Origin: Puniceicoccaceae bacterium
Lineage (GTDB): Bacteria; Verrucomicrobiota; Verrucomicrobiia; Opitutales; JAFGAQ01
Assembly (NCBI GenBank): GCA_028285755.1
Contig: JANQOQ010000004.1
Coordinates: 134,720 to 198,719 of the forward strand
Direction of reading: 5' to 3'
Length of the DNA: 64,000 bases
Below the pieces are notes generated by a model. The model was not told the DNA's origin and did no database searches. It saw only the letters and a program-made list of their open reading frames with translations. Of this stretch, positions 7,219 to 16,695 are shown one piece after another (position 1 is the first letter of the stretch; the number at the start of each line of letters is the position of its first letter). The translations under genes were made by a program, and so were the position numbers.

Positions 7219-9687
7219 ATGATACAACCCAATTCAAAAGACTCTGAACATCGACTTGTGATCATTGGCGGTGTCGCCGGTGGGGCTTCTGCCGCCGCGC
7301 GTGCCCGCAGGCTTAATGAGCATGCCAAAATCACCCTTATTGAAAGAGGCCCGGATGTATCGTTCGCAAACTGCGGGTTGCCCTATTACATCGGGGGTGA
7401 AATCCAGGATCGTTCCCGGCTGGCCGTTCAAACACCGCAGAGTTTAATGAGTATGCTCAATATCGAGGTGCTCAATCTGACTGAAGCTACCGAGATTAAC
7501 CGGGAACATAAGCAGGTAAAAGTTCGTTATCTCGAAAGCAAGGATGAGGACACCCTGGAATATGACACTCTGATACTCGCTCCCGGTGCTGCCCCTCTGC
7601 GCCCTCCGCTTCCGGGAGTCGACCATAAGTTAGTATATACCCTGCGCAATCTACAGGATATGGACAGACTTAAGGAGAAAATAGAAACCGTTGACTCCAT
7701 TGTTATTGCTGGTGCGGGTTTCATTGGGCTCGAAGTAGCCGAACAGCTGGCGAATTTGGGCAAACAAGTAAGTGTGGTAGAGCTTCAGTCTCAGATTTTA
7801 CCGCAAGTAGACCCGGAAATTGCACGTCCAGCAGAAGAACGACTAACCGAAGAAGGGGTGAAACTGGTTTTAGGCGATGGTATCTCCCGCTTTGAAGACA
7901 AAGAAGGCTCGATCATTACCGAGTTGGCCTCAGGCAAACAAATCGAGAGTGGCATGGTTTTGCTTTCCATCGGCGTAAGGCCTGAGTCACAGCTTGCTAA
8001 AGAAGCAGGCCTGGAAATCGGTCCTCGGGGGCACATTGTAGTAGATGCCTATCAACAAACGTCGGACCCCGCTATCTATGCTGCGGGAGACGCTGTGCAA
8101 ACAATCGATGCCATTACCGGGCAGCCAACGGCGGTTCCGCTCGGTGGCCCCGCCAATCGCCAGGGTCGCACTGCAGCTGACCATATCTTTATGGGAGATC
8201 AGGCATTGCCCTACCCGGGCTCTTTGGGTACGGCAATCGTACGTGTATTTGATACGGTGATCGGGATTACCGGTTTTAGCGAAAAACGGCTCAAAGCGGC
8301 CAAGATGGATTACAAGACCACAACGGTCACAGCAACCGACCATGCCGGTTATTACCCCGGAGCCATGCAGATGACTCTCAAAATTGCCTGGAACCCGAAT
8401 GATGGGAAATTGCTTGGAGCACAGGCAGTCGGGGTGAACGGCATCGATAAACGCATCGATGTAATCGCAACTGCATTGCGTGCGGGAATGACGATTCAGG
8501 ACCTTTGCCATCTGGAGCTCGCCTATGCACCCCCATTCGGTGCTGCCAAGGATATCGTAAACATTGCCGGGTTTTCCGCCATGAATCTGGAAGACGAGCT
8601 CTATGACGCCGTCTATGAGCTACCGGATGCTGAAGCTGCTCAAATCGTGGATGTCCGCCCCCCGGAGTTGGCAACTATGAAACCCATCGAAGGCTCACGC
8701 AATATACCTTTTGCGAAACTCAGAGACCGTCTGAACGAGCTCGACCGCGAAAAGCCGGTTGTAACCGTATGTGCCCTGGGCAAAACCAGCTATTTCGCAT
8801 CTCGTGTACTCAATCAGGAAGGATTTAAAGCCCAGAGTCTTGTGGGTGGCATGACAGTGATGCCCACGAAGGAAACCAAAAATGACCCAACACCTATGCA
8901 AACCAACGATAAACCCAAAATAGAAAATCAGCCAAGTTCCATTTCCGCAGATAGTATCGTAAAACTGGATGCGACCGGACTCGCCTGCCCCGGACCCATC
9001 ATGCGCGTAAAGCAAAGCGTAGACCAGCTCGAAGCCGGACAGGTGCTCGAAGTGAGTGCAACGGACTCGGGCTTTATGAAGGATCTTCCAGCCTATGCGA
9101 AAAACGCAGGGCTCGAGTTGCTCGACATCTCTCGTGAAGCAGGAGTTATCACCGGTAAAGTTCGGAAGCTGGCTACTGAAAGCGTACCTGCTACCTCTGA
9201 CGAAGCATCTGCAAATAATGGAACAACCCTGGTCGTCTTCTCACAGGATATGGATAAGGCGCTCGCCTCTCTCGTGATTGCAAACGGTGCATTAGCGATG
9301 GGTAAAGAGGTCACCATGTTCTTCACCTTCTGGGGCCTGAATGTGCTGCGCAAGGAATCTGGAGCAACTCCAAAGGGCAAAAGCTTCATGGATCATATGT
9401 TTGGCTGGATGATGCCCAAGGGCATGGGTAAACTACCGCTCTCCAATATGCATATGGGCGGCATGGGCACGAAGATGATGAAGTGGCGCATGGCATCCAA
9501 GAATCTGCCGAATGTGCATGGCCTTATGCAATCTGCACGCGAACAGGGCGCACGTATGGTTGCGTGTTCGATGTCTATGGAAGCCATGGGCATCCGTCAG
9601 GAAGAACTGCTGGACGATATAGAAGTCGGAGGTGTGGCAGACTTTCTCGACGCTACCAACCACTCAAAGGCCAATCTGTTTGTCTAA
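7219..9687 (+). CDS. Four-domain fusion: CoA-disulfide-reductase-type FAD/NAD(P) oxidoreductase + rhodanese + TusA/SirA + DsrE/DsrF-like domain
   Basis: 822 aa. aa 1-450: LVIIGGVAGGASAAARA (FAD), SFANC52GLPYYIGG (CoADR/Nox redox Cys), IAGAGFIGLEVAE (NAD). aa ~470-548: rhodanese with VTVC518ALGKTS. aa ~578-650: LDATGLAC590PGPIMRVK (TusA CPxP). aa ~668-822: DsrE-like with MVAC783SMSMEAMG. Confidence 0.85.
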   Translation: MIQPNSKDSEHRLVIIGGVAGGASAAARARRLNEHAKITLIERGPDVSFANCGLPYYIGGEIQDRSRLAVQTPQSLMSMLNIEVLNLTEATEINREHKQVKVRYLESKDEDTLEYDTLILAPGAAPLRPPLPGVDHKLVYTLRNLQDMDRLKEKIETVDSIVIAGAGFIGLEVAEQLANLGKQVSVVELQSQILPQVDPEIARPAEERLTEEGVKLVLGDGISRFEDKEGSIITELASGKQIESGMVLLSIGVRPESQLAKEAGLEIGPRGHIVVDAYQQTSDPAIYAAGDAVQTIDAITGQPTAVPLGGPANRQGRTAADHIFMGDQALPYPGSLGTAIVRVFDTVIGITGFSEKRLKAAKMDYKTTTVTATDHAGYYPGAMQMTLKIAWNPNDGKLLGAQAVGVNGIDKRIDVIATALRAGMTIQDLCHLELAYAPPFGAAKDIVNIAGFSAMNLEDELYDAVYELPDAEAAQIVDVRPPELATMKPIEGSRNIPFAKLRDRLNELDREKPVVTVCALGKTSYFASRVLNQEGFKAQSLVGGMTVMPTKETKNDPTPMQTNDKPKIENQPSSISADSIVKLDATGLACPGPIMRVKQSVDQLEAGQVLEVSATDSGFMKDLPAYAKNAGLELLDISREAGVITGKVRKLATESVPATSDEASANNGTTLVVFSQDMDKALASLVIANGALAMGKEVTMFFTFWGLNVLRKESGATPKGKSFMDHMFGWMMPKGMGKLPLSNMHMGGMGTKMMKWRMASKNLPNVHGLMQSAREQGARMVACSMSMEAMGIRQEELLDDIEVGGVADFLDATNHSKANLFV

Positions 9688-9688
9688 A

Positions 9689-10741
9689 TCAGACCGGTAT
9701 TTCCTTGAGCCATTCCTGGTTTGAGAGATACCAGTCGGCTGTTTTTCGGAAGCCATCCTGAGGAGAAACCTGCGGGTGCCAATCGAGCAGGTTGCCCGCT
9801 TTTTGGATATCCGCATAGGTAACGAGCATGTCCGCCTTATGAAAGGGTTTATAATCGATCGTCGCCTTTTTTCCCAGCATGTCCTCAATCCATGCGATTA
9901 TCTGATTAATCGTAATCGGCTGGTTGCCACCGCCCAGGTTGATGATCTCGTAGCCCGTAGATTGCAGTGCCTTGATCGTACCTGCCGCGATGTCATCGAT
10001 ATAGGTAAAGTCGCGCGCCTGCTCTCCGTCCCCATACAGAGTAATGGGAGTACCCTCGTTTACCCACTTGATAAAACGGTAAGGAGCCATATCGGGGCGC
10101 CCTGCAGGCCCAAAAACTGTAAAATAGCGCAATACGGAAACATCGATGCCGTAGAGATGGTGGTAGGTGTAAGCCATCGCTTCAGCCGCCTTTTTGGTAG
10201 CCGCGTAGGGTGAGATCGGGGTGTTGACCGGCAGATCTTCCTTAAAAGGCATGGGTTGGCCCGCATAGAGGGATGAAGTCGATGCGAGCACAAACTTAGA
10301 GATCCCCCGTTTGCGCATAAACTCGAGCAGATTCAACGTACCGTCGGCATTGGTAGTCATGTAAATGTACGGATTTTCCATGCTGTACCGCACCCCTGCC
10401 CTCGCAGCGAGATTGATCACGGCATCCAGTTTTGCTTCTCCCAGGAATTGATCAATCGTTTGAAAATCCTCGATATCCGCTGTGAAATAAGAAAAATTAC
10501 CGGCATAAAAGGAAATCGGATCAGCCAATGTAGATTCTCTATAATTGAGAGAATTCAGTATTTCATTACTGGCACCTTGCTTCTCAGCCAACTGGTGCAA
10601 TCGATACTTTTTGAGCCTTACGTCATAGTAGTCGTTCAGGTTATCCACACCATATACAGAATGCCCCTGATCCATGAGCAACTCTGCGGTCTTGGACCCA
10701 ATAAAACCTCCGACTCCTGTTACGAGAATATTCATAAACAA
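9689..10741 (-). CDS. NAD-dependent nucleotide-sugar epimerase/dehydratase (UDP-glucuronate 4-epimerase-like)
   Basis: 350 aa. NILVTGVGGFIGS Rossmann motif, ..SPYAATKKAAE.. (YxxxK), and DNLNDYYDVRLK typical of the GalE/Cap1J-like subgroup. Confidence 0.8.
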   Translation of the reverse strand: MFMNILVTGVGGFIGSKTAELLMDQGHSVYGVDNLNDYYDVRLKKYRLHQLAEKQGASNEILNSLNYRESTLADPISFYAGNFSYFTADIEDFQTIDQFLGEAKLDAVINLAARAGVRYSMENPYIYMTTNADGTLNLLEFMRKRGISKFVLASTSSLYAGQPMPFKEDLPVNTPISPYAATKKAAEAMAYTYHHLYGIDVSVLRYFTVFGPAGRPDMAPYRFIKWVNEGTPITLYGDGEQARDFTYIDDIAAGTIKALQSTGYEIINLGGGNQPITINQIIAWIEDMLGKKATIDYKPFHKADMLVTYADIQKAGNLLDWHPQVSPQDGFRKTADWYLSNQEWLKEIPV

Positions 10742-10830
10742 AACGCTATCAAAAGCTTCTTACGACCCAGTGTGCAAGACTTTAGAAGCGATACACGCAT
10801 TATGCCTCTATCCGGTTCATCACATCGACA

Positions 10831-10859
10831 TTGACAACCCCTGATTAAGCAGGCATTAT
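10831..10859 (+). promoter_or_regulatory. Sigma-70-like promoter candidate (TTGACA-17-CATTAT) for the Lrp/AsnC gene
   Basis: TTGACA at 10831-10836, an exact 17-nt spacer, then CATTAT at 10854-10859. GAGGTG (10875-10880) sits 6 nt before the ATG at 10887. Confidence 0.4.
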
Positions 10860-10886
10860 CAAGTCTTTATGAATGAGGTGTTGCAC

Positions 10887-11351
10887 ATGATACTTGAGGG
10901 CGAAAAGCTCTCAACACGCCAGTTGCAAAGCCTGCTGGATTTCAATGATCAGCAGATCGTTGAGGAAGTCGCCAAACTCCAGCAGGAGGGCATTCTATTG
11001 GGTTGGCGGCCCATCGTAGACTCCGAAAAACTCGACTCCCAGCTCGTAAGGGCGGTCATCGAGATCAAGATAAGGCCCGAGCGCGAGGGCGGCTTTGACC
11101 GGCTGGCACTGCGTATTTCACGTTTTGATGAGGTAGAAAGCTGTTACCTCATGTCCGGTGCCTATGATTTGCTGGCCGTTGTAACCGGTAATAGTCTGCA
11201 TCAGGTTGCATCGTTCATCTCCGAAAGACTTTCAAGCATTGATGGGGTGCTTTCGACTGCAACCCATTTTATGTTGAGAGCGTACAAGGAGCAAGGCTTT
11301 CAGCTCATTACAACGGATACTGATCCGGATAAACCCGCAGTCAGCGCATAA
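10887..11351 (+). CDS. Lrp/AsnC-family transcriptional regulator
   Basis: HTH ..LSTRQLQSLLDFNDQQIVEEVAKLQQEGIL.. plus a C-terminal AsnC-type ligand domain (..VRAVIEIKIRPE..SCYLMSGAYDLLAVV..). I prefer the ATG at 10887 because it has an SD-like GAGGTG. The ORF track starts at 10869. Confidence 0.8.
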   Translation: MILEGEKLSTRQLQSLLDFNDQQIVEEVAKLQQEGILLGWRPIVDSEKLDSQLVRAVIEIKIRPEREGGFDRLALRISRFDEVESCYLMSGAYDLLAVVTGNSLHQVASFISERLSSIDGVLSTATHFMLRAYKEQGFQLITTDTDPDKPAVSA

Positions 11352-11411
11352 GCTTAATCAGAACGCTCAAAAGCTTCTGAAAAACATGTATTTTTTTAAC
11401 TCACTATAACT

Positions 11412-12578
11412 ATGTCACTCGATTCATCCAGATTTGTCGCTGACCATGTAGGGTCACTTCCTAAATCGGGAATCCGGGACTTTTTTGCCCTGGTTTCCCA
11501 GCGGCCAGACGCGATATCACTCGCCATCGGCGAGCCTGATTTCGTAACGCCCTGGCATATACGGGAAGCGGCGATCTTCGCACTGGAACGTGGGAAAACC
11601 AGTTATACCGATAATCTGGGCCTAATTAGACTGAGGCAGGAAATTTCAAGTTATGTTGAAGACTTTTTCGGAGTGCGATATGAGCCCCAAGACCAGGTGC
11701 TCGTAACCGTGGGAGTATCCGAGGCTCTGGATCTGGCATTGCGGGCACTCATCAATCCCGGGGATAAGGTGATGTATCACCAACCCTGCTATGTCTCTTA
11801 CAACCCAAGCATCAAGCTGGTTCATGCAACTGCCATCGGCGTTGCTGCAAAGTCCGAGAACGCTTTTTCTTTGGATATAGAGGATATTAAAGATGCCTGG
11901 GAACCGGGGGTAAAAGTATTTATCCTTAACTTTCCTACCAACCCCACCGGAGGAACTGCCGACAAGGCTCTGTTGCAGGAGATAGCCGAATTTGCAATCG
12001 AGAAGGATATGCTCATCATCAGTGATGAAATCTACTCGGAACTGACTTTTGAAGGTGAGCACACCAGCATCGCTACCCTACCCGGCATGGCTGAGCGTAC
12101 CATCCTGCTACATGGTTTTTCGAAAGCCTTTGCAATGACGGGCTTTCGCATCGGCTATGCATGCGGACCGGTTCCACTGATTGACGCCATGATGAAAGTG
12201 CACCAGTACAGCATGCTTTGTGCGCCGATTCTAAGTCAGGAAACAGCTATAGAAGCCCTTAAAAACGGAGCGCCCAGTGTGCGTGCAATGAGGTCTAAAT
12301 ACAAACGCCGACGGGATTTTCTGGTGGAGCGACTCAATGGTATGGGTATCCCCTGTCACCTGCCCAGGGGTAGCTTCTATGTGTTCCCGGATATCAGGCC
12401 TTCAGGCAAAAGCTCGAAGGATTTTGCGACTGGGCTTCTTGAATCCCAAAATGTGGCTCTGGTTCCCGGGACGGCATTTGGCGAAGATGGAGAGGGGTTT
12501 GTCCGCGCGAGCTTTGCCAGTAGTTATGATAACATCATAGAAGCCTGTAATCGCATCGAGCGCTACCTGCAGCACTGA
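11412..12578 (+). CDS. Class I/II pyridoxal-phosphate-dependent aminotransferase (aspartate/aromatic type)
   Basis: 388 aa with ..AIGEPDFVTP.., ..NFPTNPTGG.., ..HGFSKAFAMTGFRIGY.. (PLP-Lys) and ..VALVPGTAFG... The pairing with an AsnC regulator is common. Confidence 0.85.
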   Translation: MSLDSSRFVADHVGSLPKSGIRDFFALVSQRPDAISLAIGEPDFVTPWHIREAAIFALERGKTSYTDNLGLIRLRQEISSYVEDFFGVRYEPQDQVLVTVGVSEALDLALRALINPGDKVMYHQPCYVSYNPSIKLVHATAIGVAAKSENAFSLDIEDIKDAWEPGVKVFILNFPTNPTGGTADKALLQEIAEFAIEKDMLIISDEIYSELTFEGEHTSIATLPGMAERTILLHGFSKAFAMTGFRIGYACGPVPLIDAMMKVHQYSMLCAPILSQETAIEALKNGAPSVRAMRSKYKRRRDFLVERLNGMGIPCHLPRGSFYVFPDIRPSGKSSKDFATGLLESQNVALVPGTAFGEDGEGFVRASFASSYDNIIEACNRIERYLQH

Positions 12579-12596
12579 AAATCATGAAAAAGTTAG

Positions 12597-12633
12597 GCTA
12601 ATGCATTTGAAAAATGCATTTAGCTTAATTTAT
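12597..12633 (+). terminator. AT-rich hairpin followed by T-rich tract downstream of the aminotransferase (weak intrinsic terminator candidate)
   Basis: gct-aatgcattt (12597-12608) pairs with aaatgcatt-t-agc (12612-24): 12 bp with one bulge and loop gaa. It is followed by ttaatttat. The stem is mostly A/T. Confidence 0.4.
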
Positions 12634-12640
12634 ATAAAAC

Positions 12641-13114
12641 ATGGCTTATCCGAGTAAGTATCTGGTTGATGCATTAATGCAGGCTGCTGATAATCTGGAA
12701 TGTGGCAGTCGTTACATGTGGTCGCATATGGGGCATTGTAACTGCGGCCACCTTGCCCAGGTCTTGACTGGCCTTTCTGCTGAGGAAATTCATAAAAGTG
12801 CCATGAAGCGCGAGGGGGATTGGTCTGAACAAAGTGAGCATTACGAACCTTATTGCCCTACAACCGGCTTTCAATTAGACTACGTGATCGATTCATTGAT
12901 TGAGGCGAGTCTGCACCCCACAGATATTCGTGAGCTTGAGTATCTTTCAAACACCCAGGTATTGAAGCGATTGCCGGGGGGATTTCGCTACCTGCAAAGA
13001 AATCAAAGCGACCATGTCGTCTTATACCTGAGAACCTGGGCACAAATGCTTCAGGATAAACTGAATATTCAAAGTAGCGCACCCACCAGGAAAATAGCGG
13101 AAGTCGTAGCCTGA
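12641..13114 (+). CDS. Hypothetical protein with His/Cys cluster (HMGHCNCGH)
   Basis: 157-aa ORF. I recognise no family. MWSHMGHCNCGHLAQVL is a dense His/Cys motif. The ORF ends flush against the facing sigma-54 activator gene. Confidence 0.5.
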   Translation: MAYPSKYLVDALMQAADNLECGSRYMWSHMGHCNCGHLAQVLTGLSAEEIHKSAMKREGDWSEQSEHYEPYCPTTGFQLDYVIDSLIEASLHPTDIRELEYLSNTQVLKRLPGGFRYLQRNQSDHVVLYLRTWAQMLQDKLNIQSSAPTRKIAEVVA

Positions 13115-14650
13115 TCAGGTTTCGATATCGAATTCTTCGATTCGCTTACGCAGGGTTGATCGGCTGATTCCCAGGATTTCGGAAGCACGTAGTTGGTTGC
13201 CTTTATTTTCCTTAAGCGCCCTTAAAATAATTTCCTTCTCAATCGCCATCAAGAGCCCGCGATCATTCTCCTGGCGCAGGAGTTTATAGACGTGATCAAA
13301 GCTTGATGCCTTATCCATCGGAAACCCCAGCAAATCACCCGTCACTGTAGTGGGAGCAGACGGCTCATTTGAACTTGATTCGGACTTACGGTTATCCGCT
13401 GTCGTTTCCTTGGATTCTTTATCCGCTGGAATTTTTTTGTCATCCTTACTGGCTTTTTCATTCCCCCGGATTTCAGCCGGCAGGTCACTCTGCAAGATCA
13501 CATTACCCTGTGCGAGCACTGCGCTGTGCTGGATCGTGTTTTCCAATTCACGCACATTTCCTGGCCATTTATATGCCTTGAGCACATCCAGCGCTTGCGG
13601 CGACAATTGCTTAGGCGAGCTGTTGGATTTTGTTGCTAGCTTTTTGAGCAGAAAACTCGCAATAATCGGAATGTCTTCCATACGCTCCCTGAGCGGTGGC
13701 AACCGCAGTCGGAACACGTTCAAACGGTAAAATAAATCCTCCCGAAACTCCTTTTCGCCGACCATCGCCTCCAGGTCCTTATTTGTTGCCGCCAGTAAGC
13801 GAACATCCACCTTGATGGTTTCCGTACCCCCGACGCGTTGTACTTCGCCTTCCTGCAATACACGAAGCACTTTCGTTTGTGTGGAGAGTGTCATATCCCC
13901 GATTTCATCCAGGAAGATCGTACCTTTATCTGCCAGTTCAAATCGTCCTTTTTTCTGGGCAGTGGCCCCGGTAAACGAGCCTTTTTCATGGCCAAAGAGC
14001 TCACTCTCGATCAAATTCTCAGGGATGGCCGCACAATTGACAGCTACGAACGGGCCGCTTCCACGGTGACTGTGTCGATAGATACTGCGGGCTACCAATT
14101 CTTTACCGGTGCCGCTCTCACCCGTGATCATCACAGTTGCATCACTTGCGGCAACCTGACCAATTCGCTTAAAAACACCCCGCATCGACTCCGCAGAGCC
14201 TACAATGCCCTCTACATAATCATTGGAATCAATTCCGGGTAAAGCGTCCTGCTTCGCACTCACCAACTGCTGATTGGCCTGAAGTGCACCCGCTACAAGA
14301 TCCAGGATTTTCTTCAACTCGAAGGGCTTAACAATGTAATCAAATGCGCCAAACTTCATCGCCTCAATGGCAGTTTGAGTGGTCGAATAGGCGGTCATCA
14401 GGATCACCATGGAATCCGGAGCAATGTTGCGGAGATGCTGGAGTGCCTCAATCCCGCTGATCCCTTCCATGCGATTATCACAAATGATCACCGAGGGCTG
14501 CTCATCCTCTGCCATATTCACCCCTTCCTCACCACTTGCAGCGAGAATCACTTCATATTGTTGGGATTCGAGGACACGCTTTAGAGAATAACGAATCTCG
14601 GTATCATCGTCGATCACCAATACTTTTCCTTTAACTGGAATCGTGCTCAT
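13115..14650 (-). CDS. Sigma-54-dependent response regulator (NtrC family: REC + AAA+ + Fis-type HTH)
   Basis: 511 aa. REC has [21 protein letters not shown]+ has [30 protein letters not shown] and [11 protein letters not shown]-terminal HTH is [24 protein letters not shown] roughly 46-aa Lys/Ser/Glu-rich linker spans aa 395-440. Confidence 0.9.
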   Translation of the reverse strand: MSTIPVKGKVLVIDDDTEIRYSLKRVLESQQYEVILAASGEEGVNMAEDEQPSVIICDNRMEGISGIEALQHLRNIAPDSMVILMTAYSTTQTAIEAMKFGAFDYIVKPFELKKILDLVAGALQANQQLVSAKQDALPGIDSNDYVEGIVGSAESMRGVFKRIGQVAASDATVMITGESGTGKELVARSIYRHSHRGSGPFVAVNCAAIPENLIESELFGHEKGSFTGATAQKKGRFELADKGTIFLDEIGDMTLSTQTKVLRVLQEGEVQRVGGTETIKVDVRLLAATNKDLEAMVGEKEFREDLFYRLNVFRLRLPPLRERMEDIPIIASFLLKKLATKSNSSPKQLSPQALDVLKAYKWPGNVRELENTIQHSAVLAQGNVILQSDLPAEIRGNEKASKDDKKIPADKESKETTADNRKSESSSNEPSAPTTVTGDLLGFPMDKASSFDHVYKLLRQENDRGLLMAIEKEIILRALKENKGNQLRASEILGISRSTLRKRIEEFDIET

Positions 14651-14664
14651 AAATGTTTAATCGA

Positions 14665-15474
14665 CTATAATGAAACAAACATTTGCAAGCGATCAAGCAA
14701 ATGGTTGAGGGAGTCGGCAAGAGGAACGTATCCGCGCATTCGAATATTGCCTTTGCCCACGAGCGCTAGATTATCGGCCTGGTTGCTCACGCTTACCCAT
14801 GCGGTTTCCAGGCTTTCATACTCCAGGTCTACAGTTCTCTGCGGATCGGCAACCGGCTTCTCTCTCGTGCAAATCAGATGTTCTTCAGTTAAATCGATGT
14901 AGAGTATCGGTTCTGCTATGCCTTTGATACGAATATGAACGCGGCCTCTCGATCCTGACAAAAACAGCTTATGGGTAAAGGTATCGAGCTTGATGAGCCC
15001 ATTAATGCCTGCACAGGCGGCGAACAAGGTGGCGATCACTTTAGGCTCTATTTGTGCGTGATTTAGAGATTCCAAAGATTCAACCTTCAATAGCTTTTGT
15101 ATATAGAGGAGCCTGCTCAGGAAACGGATCAATGCCGGGAAATTGCGGATTCCGCGCAGGCGTCCGGGTAACACACGCCTGTTTTCAAAAAAATTCACTA
15201 AACCCGTGGGGCTTTGAAAATGTATGCCGACCGCATTATTTACACCATGGTGTAATCGCTCAGGAAATTCACGATCAGGATGTAATGCAGTTAAGATATC
15301 AGAAGCGCTGAATAAGAGCGGTTGGCTAAAAGGCTGAAAGTTTCGATTCTGGATTCTCGAATGGGGATTACTCAGCTCCTTGAGTAATGACAGCAGGATC
15401 CAGGGGTAAAGTTGGCTTTTGAGGGTTAGGCTTGCCTGTGAATCAGCGCCCATTCTTTTGGTTATGCAACTCAA
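14665..15474 (-). CDS. Hypothetical protein, C-terminal SCP2/sterol-carrier-like region (tentative)
   Basis: 269-aa ORF. The C-terminal ..VDLEYESLETAWVSVSNQADNLALVGKGNIRMRGYVPLADSLNHLL.. resembles the SCP2 fold signature (..G.l.i.Gd...a..l..l.). The 5' end overlaps the upstream GT gene by 32 nt, or 11 nt if Met8 is the start. Confidence 0.5.
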   Translation of the reverse strand: MSCITKRMGADSQASLTLKSQLYPWILLSLLKELSNPHSRIQNRNFQPFSQPLLFSASDILTALHPDREFPERLHHGVNNAVGIHFQSPTGLVNFFENRRVLPGRLRGIRNFPALIRFLSRLLYIQKLLKVESLESLNHAQIEPKVIATLFAACAGINGLIKLDTFTHKLFLSGSRGRVHIRIKGIAEPILYIDLTEEHLICTREKPVADPQRTVDLEYESLETAWVSVSNQADNLALVGKGNIRMRGYVPLADSLNHLLDRLQMFVSL

Positions 15475-16609
15475 TCACTTTTTCGAGAATATTCAGGGGG
15501 GTATGCTGTGGCCTTACTTTCCTTAAATTGGCACGAATCTGCTTTAGCTCCTCGGGATCATCCATCCACCGTTTAATGATAACCGGTAGTTCACCTGCCC
15601 GACGGATGGAGCAACCCAAATTATGTTTCATACAGAAACGGATCGTAATGATCTCCTGCGGCATCAGCCCCCCTATCCCATTTGAAATGATCGGACAACC
15701 CAGATAGATGGCCTCGCTGGTGAGTCCCGTACCGGGGCGGGCCACCACTGCCGAAGCCGCCTGAAGTAGGATGTTCATGCGGTCATAATAGCGCAGGGGC
15801 TTAACGCGCATGGAAGGATGCTTACGGTCCCAAATATTAATTGCATCATAGACCAGATTATTACGCGCACAAAGGGCAACTACCTGAGGACGTATGCCCT
15901 GGCTGTATATAAACTCAAGCTTATCCAGGTGATTGTTCGCTCCGTTGGCTCCAGTCCCGAGGACCAAAATGAATTTGTCAGGATCCATATCGAGCTCCTC
16001 AGTGATAAATTTCACCCGTTCTTGCTCAGTCAACCGCTCATTATAAAAGGGAGGCTTGAGCAAAAATCCGCCGGTCCAGCTTTTGCTCTCATCCATGCCA
16101 AAGGTATTAGCGGCCTCAGCGGTTTCATCGACGGCTCCAATGAATAAATCGCTATCCGGATTTACCCACTGTCTACTAAAACCGTAACCGCCAAATAATT
16201 CGCCACAATAGGTGATACATACGACCTTGTCATCCCCCAGGGTTTGTCGGGCTATTTCAAAAAAACCATGATTTAAGTGCGGGTGCGTACTGATGACAAC
16301 GTCGGGCTTGTAAGCCTGGAGTGCATCTATGAAGTTTTGCCGGCCAAAAATACGCTTCGCCGCACCCAATAGTTTCATACGCTCTAAAAAGTTCCAATAT
16401 ATATGGTGCAGCCGGGGAGCCAGTCTCTGAATCCAGTTATACACTTCGACCCCAAAATTGTAGAGGGCGTGCGTACCCTCCAGGGTTTGGTGAATATTGA
16501 CCTCCATGTTGGATTTTTTACCCTCAGGAGTGTTTGACCAGTCTTCAAACGCCCGTGCCCGCATGTTGTGGCCCGTACCCGTACTGGATGTTAATATGAG
16601 AACTCTCAC
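15443..16609 (-). CDS. GT28-family glycosyltransferase (monogalactosyldiacylglycerol-synthase / UgtP-like)
   Basis: 388 aa with a GTG start. VLILTSSTGTGHNMRARA is the MGDG-synthase N-terminal motif. The C-terminal half ..ARPGTGLTSEAIYLGCPII.. is GT-B (Glyco_tran_28_C-like). Confidence 0.75.
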   Translation of the reverse strand: MRVLILTSSTGTGHNMRARAFEDWSNTPEGKKSNMEVNIHQTLEGTHALYNFGVEVYNWIQRLAPRLHHIYWNFLERMKLLGAAKRIFGRQNFIDALQAYKPDVVISTHPHLNHGFFEIARQTLGDDKVVCITYCGELFGGYGFSRQWVNPDSDLFIGAVDETAEAANTFGMDESKSWTGGFLLKPPFYNERLTEQERVKFITEELDMDPDKFILVLGTGANGANNHLDKLEFIYSQGIRPQVVALCARNNLVYDAINIWDRKHPSMRVKPLRYYDRMNILLQAASAVVARPGTGLTSEAIYLGCPIISNGIGGLMPQEIITIRFCMKHNLGCSIRRAGELPVIIKRWMDDPEELKQIRANLRKVRPQHTPLNILEKVIELHNQKNGR

Positions 16610-16695
16610 TACTTAATCGATCGTTTATCCGTAAAAATTTTGATATATGAAGAACTTCAACGCCTTGAGCAAGGAATACTTAGAAATATTACGTA

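Noticed and set aside
7987-8511. 174-aa ORF antisense to the CoADR-fusion gene, plus several shorter ones between 7234 and 9663
   Set aside because: They are shadow ORFs within a long, motif-rich plus-strand CDS.
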